NCBI GenBank assembly: GCA_048267165.1
Contig: JBLWYD010000003.1
Coordinates: forward strand, 60,707 to 124,706
Direction of reading: 5' to 3'
Source of the DNA: Bacteroidota bacterium
Lineage (GTDB): Bacteria > Bacteroidota > Ignavibacteria > Kapaibacteriales > UBA2268
Length of the DNA: 64,000 nucleotides
Part shown: piece by piece, positions 59,236-64,000 of the stretch
Position numbering within the stretch: position 1 is the stretch's first letter
How the letters are laid out: the number at the start of each line of letters is the position of its first letter
Position numbers and translations under genes: made by a program
Notes under the pieces: generated by a model
The model's database searches: none
Told to the model about the DNA's origin: nothing
The model's input: the letters and a program-made list of their open reading frames with translations, nothing else

Positions 59236-61374
59236 TTATTGTACTTGTTCTAGTACATTTACACTAGTTAGTATTTCTATATCAGTGTCAGATGGCAATT
59301 CAGAATAGCTGATGACGCTTACTACAGGGAAAGTAGTCTGTATCATCTTCTTGAAATAAGGTCGCACCTGAGCAGAGCAAATAACCACTGGCAGATGTCC
59401 AGCAATAGTAGTATCGTCAATCGCTTTCGAAACACCTTCTTTGATACGAGTGATGAACTCAGGCGATAGTCCCATAGAAGGGCTTATCTGGTTGCCACCG
59501 CTTTTTTGCAGCGATTGAGTTATGCTGTCTTCTATTTCTGGGTCAAGAGAGATTGCGTGTACAATACCATCTATATCTTCGTACAGAGTTTTGATAGTCT
59601 CGGATAGATTATGGCGAACATATTCGGTTAGCACATCTATATTTTGAGTTACTCTATAATATTCGAGTAATGACTCTAGTATCAGAGGTAAATCACGAAT
59701 TGGAATACCCTCTTCTAATAGGTTTTGTAGTACTTTCTGTATAGCTGATAGAGGTAGATTATCTGGTGAAATCTCATCAGTCAGGGCTGGGTAATCTTCT
59801 TTCAGATTATCCACTAACTGCTTAGTATCTTGTCTAGTTAATAGTTTATCAGAGTTGCGTTTTAGTATTTCTGTTAGATGAGTAGTCAGCACTGTCGCAG
59901 ATTCCACTACTGTGTAGCCCATTATTTCGGCATTTTCCCTTTCGTTTTGGTCTATCCACTTAGCTGGCAAACCGAAAACAGGTTCGGTAACGTGTTTGCC
60001 GCGAAGCTCCCCTTCAGCAGTTCCAGGATTCATGGCTAATAGCATATTCGGGAATAGGAAATTAGAAGCAACTTCATTCCCACGGATTTTGATAATGTAA
60101 TTCTCTGGGTCTAATTGAAGATTGTCACGTACACGAACAGGAGGGAGGATAATCCCCAACTCTGTCGCTAACTGCTTTCTTACGTTTGTTATACGCTTGA
60201 ATACATCGCCACCTTGTGCCTCATCTACTAGAGCTATCAACGAATAGCCAAGTTCTATTTCCACTGGATCAACTTTCAGCAAATCTTCAACGGGAGCTTC
60301 GCTTGGTTTTTCGACTTCATCAGCCGCTTGTAACCCTTCGCGCATCTCGTCATCAGCTTTGTTTTTAATAGCATTAGTTCTATTATAAGCAATAGCAGCA
60401 ATGATAACAGCTATGATAGTGAACGGAATAAACGGGAACCCTGGGAGTAATCCAATTAGGAACAAAGCCACAGCCGATACATACATCGCCCTTGGCTTAG
60501 CACCGAATTGTTGTCCGAATTCCGTCTCTAGTTGGTCACGAGCACCAGAACGAGTAACTACCAAACCACCAGCTACTGATATAAGTAGAGCTGGAATTTG
60601 TGATACTAGTCCATCACCAATCGTAAGTGTAGAGTATGTAGAAATCGCTTCAGAGAATGACATATCCCTTTGGAGCATACCAATAGCAAATCCACCAAGT
60701 AAGTTGACGATTGTGATAATAATACCAGCAATTGCGTCCCCTTTTATAAACTTAGCCGCACCATCCATTGACCCGAAAAAGTCAGCTTCGTGCGCAAGTT
60801 CATCACGTCTCGATTTGGCTGTTTGCTCGTCAATATAACCAGCATTCAAATCAGCATCAATACTCATCTGCTTACCCGGCATTGCATCCAAGGTAAACCT
60901 TGCAGATACTTCCGCTATACGCGTGGAACCCTTGATAACTACTATAAAGTTAATGACTAAGAGGATAAGGAATATAATAATCCCAACGACTATATTTCCA
61001 CCGATGACGAAATCACCGAATGCGTGTATAATCTTACCAGCTTCACCCTCACCTAATATAAGCCGAGTGGAGGCGACGTTCAGCCCCAATCGGAGCATAG
61101 TAGTAATAAGTAATATAGCCGGGAATGCTGAGAATTCTAATGGTTTTACCAAATAAACTGCCACCATCAGAATCATAACTGATAGTGCAATATTAAGGGT
61201 TAGAAATAAATCTAAGGCAAGTGGAGGCAATGGCAATAAAAGGAGTGCAAGAATTAGTAATATACCACCAGCTAAAACAATATCGGGATTGTTAAAGATT
61301 GGTGAAAGAACAGTATTCTTCAATCTGTTTAAAGTTGGGTTATCTAATAAAGCCAATTGTCTATTTATAGCCAA
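59236..61374 (-). CDS. flhA: flagellar biosynthesis protein FlhA
   Basis: 712 aa. Eight N-terminal transmembrane helices with the conserved FHIPxG-like region (GDFVIGGNIVVG, KFIKGDAIAGIII) and a large C-terminal cytoplasmic domain. Confidence 0.9.
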   Translation of the reverse strand: MAINRQLALLDNPTLNRLKNTVLSPIFNNPDIVLAGGILLILALLLLPLPPLALDLFLTLNIALSVMILMVAVYLVKPLEFSAFPAILLITTMLRLGLNVASTRLILGEGEAGKIIHAFGDFVIGGNIVVGIIIFLILLVINFIVVIKGSTRIAEVSARFTLDAMPGKQMSIDADLNAGYIDEQTAKSRRDELAHEADFFGSMDGAAKFIKGDAIAGIIITIVNLLGGFAIGMLQRDMSFSEAISTYSTLTIGDGLVSQIPALLISVAGGLVVTRSGARDQLETEFGQQFGAKPRAMYVSAVALFLIGLLPGFPFIPFTIIAVIIAAIAYNRTNAIKNKADDEMREGLQAADEVEKPSEAPVEDLLKVDPVEIELGYSLIALVDEAQGGDVFKRITNVRKQLATELGIILPPVRVRDNLQLDPENYIIKIRGNEVASNFLFPNMLLAMNPGTAEGELRGKHVTEPVFGLPAKWIDQNERENAEIMGYTVVESATVLTTHLTEILKRNSDKLLTRQDTKQLVDNLKEDYPALTDEISPDNLPLSAIQKVLQNLLEEGIPIRDLPLILESLLEYYRVTQNIDVLTEYVRHNLSETIKTLYEDIDGIVHAISLDPEIEDSITQSLQKSGGNQISPSMGLSPEFITRIKEGVSKAIDDTTIAGHLPVVICSAQVRPYFKKMIQTTFPVVSVISYSELPSDTDIEILTSVNVLEQVQ

Positions 61375-61531
61375 TAATTCATAAAAATGCTGTCACAAAA
61401 GTAGTATTGCAAGTTGCTTGCCAAATAATTAATGGATGCTATTTATTAAATTATTAGTCTATCTACCTAATCATCTTAAAATCCCAAATATTTACTATAT
61501 TTGTAAATCAAAAAATTAGCCATAGAGCAGA

Positions 61532-62872
61532 ATGAAAAAGATACTATTCCTACTATTATTTCCAGTACTATTATTAGCGAAGGATTTTAATCCTGATGAT
61601 TATGAAGCAGATGTAGATAAAATCATCGAAGCCGCTATGAAGAGCAATATAGGTTGGGATAGATTAGAATTCCTTTGTAATAACTTCGCTAATCGACTAA
61701 GTGGTACTCCCCAACTCGAAAGAACTATCGATTGGATTTATGAGGAAATGCATAAAGATGGTCTGGCAAATGTACAAAAACAACCCGTAATGGTTCCCAA
61801 TTGGAAGAGACATTATGAATCGGTGAATGTAATTTTCCCTATTGAATATAAAATAGATATGCTTGGCTTGGGTGGTAGTATAGCTACTCCGCAAGAAGGG
61901 ATAACTGCTGAAGTGATTGTAGTTAGAGATAAAGATGAACTTGATAGAAGAAAAGATGAAGTAAAAGGCAAGATTGTACTTTTCAATGCACCCTTCACTA
62001 CTTATGGGCAGACAGTCCAATACAGATTCTACGGTGCTCAGTGGGCAGGTCAATACGGAGCTGTAGCTAGTTTAATCCGTTCGGTAAGTCCGATTGGATT
62101 TGACAATCCACATACGGGAGTTATGGCTTACACAGATAGTATCCCTAAGATTCCACACGCGGCTATCACTCTAGAGGGTGCAGAGCTATTACAAAGATAC
62201 CAAGATAGAGGGCAAAAAGCCACAATCAACTTAACTATGCACGCTAAGCATTATCCAGATGCTATTTCGCACAATGTAATGGGTGAAACTAAGGGTAGTA
62301 CACTATCAGATGAGATTATCTCAGTTGGTGGTCATATTGACGCTTGGGATGCTGGTCAGGGTGCACAAGACGATGGTGCAGGATGTATGACTACTTGGGA
62401 AGCTGTTCGCCTAATAAATGAGCTAGGATTGGGCAATAAACGCACTATACGCTCCGTACTCTGGACAAATGAAGAGAATGGTGCAATGGGTGGTAAAGAG
62501 TACGCTAAGGGCTTTGCTCACGAGAAACACGCTATGGCATTCGAATCGGACGCTGGTACTTTTGCTCCACTAGTTATTAGGTTCACTGGTAGCGAAGAGT
62601 TAATGGAACAAGTAAAGAAATTCGAACCCCTTTTACAGAAAGTTAATCCACAGATTACTGTTGGCGAAGGCGGTGGCGGTGTAGATATAGGCCCACTAAT
62701 GGATACTGGTGTACCGGGTATGAGCTTATCGCCTGACGATAAGGGTAGATACTTTTGGTATCACCACTCCCCTGCTGATACTTTCGATAAAGTCGATAAA
62801 GATGAATTCAAGCAATGTGTAGCTGCTATAGCTGTTACTATTTATTTATACTCAATATTAGAATTAGAATGA
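61532..62872 (+). CDS. M28 family zinc peptidase
   Basis: Signal peptide. Metal ligands HIDAWDAGQGAQDDGAG...NEENG...HH. Confidence 0.7.
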   Translation: MKKILFLLLFPVLLLAKDFNPDDYEADVDKIIEAAMKSNIGWDRLEFLCNNFANRLSGTPQLERTIDWIYEEMHKDGLANVQKQPVMVPNWKRHYESVNVIFPIEYKIDMLGLGGSIATPQEGITAEVIVVRDKDELDRRKDEVKGKIVLFNAPFTTYGQTVQYRFYGAQWAGQYGAVASLIRSVSPIGFDNPHTGVMAYTDSIPKIPHAAITLEGAELLQRYQDRGQKATINLTMHAKHYPDAISHNVMGETKGSTLSDEIISVGGHIDAWDAGQGAQDDGAGCMTTWEAVRLINELGLGNKRTIRSVLWTNEENGAMGGKEYAKGFAHEKHAMAFESDAGTFAPLVIRFTGSEELMEQVKKFEPLLQKVNPQITVGEGGGGVDIGPLMDTGVPGMSLSPDDKGRYFWYHHSPADTFDKVDKDEFKQCVAAIAVTIYLYSILELE

Positions 62873-63393
62873 CAAAACAAGAACTTTGCAAAGAAATATA
62901 TAATGTAGCCCACATAACTGGCGAATTCAAACTTCGCTCGGGCGTTACTAGCCACGAATACTTTGATAAATATCAATTCGAGGCACGACCACATTTGCTA
63001 AAAGAAATAGCAAAGCAAGTAAACGAAACTATAATCCCCGGATTAGAATTCGATATGTTAGCTCCCCTTGAAATGGGTGGTATTCCTATAGCTACAGCAA
63101 TATCACTTGGTGCTGGCTTTGATATGGTATTAGTCCGCAAAGAAGCAAAAGAATACGGGACTTGCAAACTTGCTGAAGGTTCAGACATAGCTGGTAAAAG
63201 ATTACTTATAATAGAAGATGTAGTCACAAGTGGCGGTCAGATTATTATCAGTGCAAACGAACTGCGTGAGCGTGGCGCTATAGTCGAAGAAGCTATTTGT
63301 GTAATTAATCGTGAAGCTGGTGGTGAAGATAAACTGAAAGAAGCAGGAATTAAGCTGTATTCTCTATTCACGATGACTGAATTGAAGAGCTAA
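62869..63393 (+). CDS. pyrE: orotate phosphoribosyltransferase
   Basis: PRPP-binding motif LLIIEDVVTSGGQ. The start is taken at the internal ATG (MTKQELCK). The longer track ORF overlaps the peptidase gene. Confidence 0.8.
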   Translation: MTKQELCKEIYNVAHITGEFKLRSGVTSHEYFDKYQFEARPHLLKEIAKQVNETIIPGLEFDMLAPLEMGGIPIATAISLGAGFDMVLVRKEAKEYGTCKLAEGSDIAGKRLLIIEDVVTSGGQIIISANELRERGAIVEEAICVINREAGGEDKLKEAGIKLYSLFTMTELKS

Positions 63394-63394
63394 T

Positions 63395-64000
63395 TTACTT
63401 AGCTATTATTATAATCTCGGTACGTCTGTTTAACTTACGACCGAAATCTGTATTGTTTGAGGCAATTGGACGGCTTTCACCGTGACCTTGAGTTCTAATT
63501 CTCTTTGCTGAAATACCTTTCTTAATAAGATATGCTTTTACGCCCTCTGCTCTGAATTTGGATAGACGGTTATTTGTCTCTTCGCTTCCGATAGCGTCAG
63601 TATGTCCTTCTATCATAATAACAACATTTTGTCTATTGTGCATAAACATAGAAAGTACTTCTAGCTCTGGTACTGTGTCTGGCAGATTAGAACTACCAGT
63701 TTGGTATAGCATATTTTCGATAATCAATTTTCTACCTAACTCAACTATAGGAATAGTCTTCTTAGTTAGTTCTTCTTTCTTTTCGTTTATAATAGCTATG
63801 TCTATACTATCAGGTATAGCTGGCTTTTCAGTTCTGTACTTTAGTGCATATAGATTAGTCAACTGATTAGAAAAATTATCCAATATAGTTGAGAAGGGAT
63901 AATCGATATCATAGAAATTACCACGTGTATTTGACGATATATAGTTATAAGCAGTCAATCTAGGTGGCACTATGCTAAATACTCTAACTTGATCATCAAA
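63395..64000 (-). CDS. OmpA-family protein, 5' end possibly beyond the window
   Basis: C-terminal OmpA domain IEGHTDAIGSEETNNRLSKFRAEGVKAYL...NRRTEIIII. Confidence 0.6.
   Translation of the reverse strand, partial: FDDQVRVFSIVPPRLTAYNYISSNTRGNFYDIDYPFSTILDNFSNQLTNLYALKYRTEKPAIPDSIDIAIINEKKEELTKKTIPIVELGRKLIIENMLYQTGSSNLPDTVPELEVLSMFMHNRQNVVIMIEGHTDAIGSEETNNRLSKFRAEGVKAYLIKKGISAKRIRTQGHGESRPIASNNTDFGRKLNRRTEIIIIAK

Noticed and set aside
1-64000. CRISPR arrays, rRNA and tRNA genes
   Set aside because: No regularly spaced direct repeats and no rRNA or tRNA signatures were found. The repeats present are irregular and modular.

Overview
This window is AT-rich (mid-30s % GC by eye) and comes from a Gram-negative bacterium. 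Many secreted proteins end in type IX secretion (T9SS/Por-type) C-terminal sorting domains, which suggests the FCB superphylum (Bacteroidota/Ignavibacteriota-like). The presence of flagellar genes argues against classical Bacteroidia.

Core genes alternate with a large cell-surface and accessory complement. The core set is an ABC exporter pair, adk, a CBS-domain cysteine synthase, phnA, grpE-dnaJ-comEA-gcvT, lysS, infC-rpmI-rplT, an M28 peptidase and pyrE. The accessory set comprises:
- two ~1325-aa paralogous vWA / beta-propeller / T9SS proteins in inverted orientation about 35 kb apart;
- a four-gene vWA-OmpA / T9SS / outer-membrane protein / vWA-T9SS cluster;
- tandem paralogs with near-identical 3' ends;
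- a beta-lactamase-fold protein and an S1 protease;
- two TonB-dependent receptors, one paired with a Met/His-rich lipoprotein;
- a VapBC-like toxin-antitoxin pair and a split HTH/S24-like regulator pair.

A flagellar block fliL-fliM-fliN-fliO stops abruptly at a 750-bp repeat-filled gap. flhA sits 31 kb away on the opposite strand, and fliP, fliQ, fliR and flhB are absent from the window. Two non-coding signals recur. One is a family of short GC-rich hairpin or REP-like modules dispersed through at least five long intergenic regions. The other is a perfect 18-bp palindrome, TTATACC-WTTT-GGTATAA, clustered around an AAA+ ATPase gene and the second giant surface-protein gene.

No rRNA, tRNA or CRISPR array was recognised. 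All functional calls are from reading the translated ORFs for family motifs. No database search was possible.
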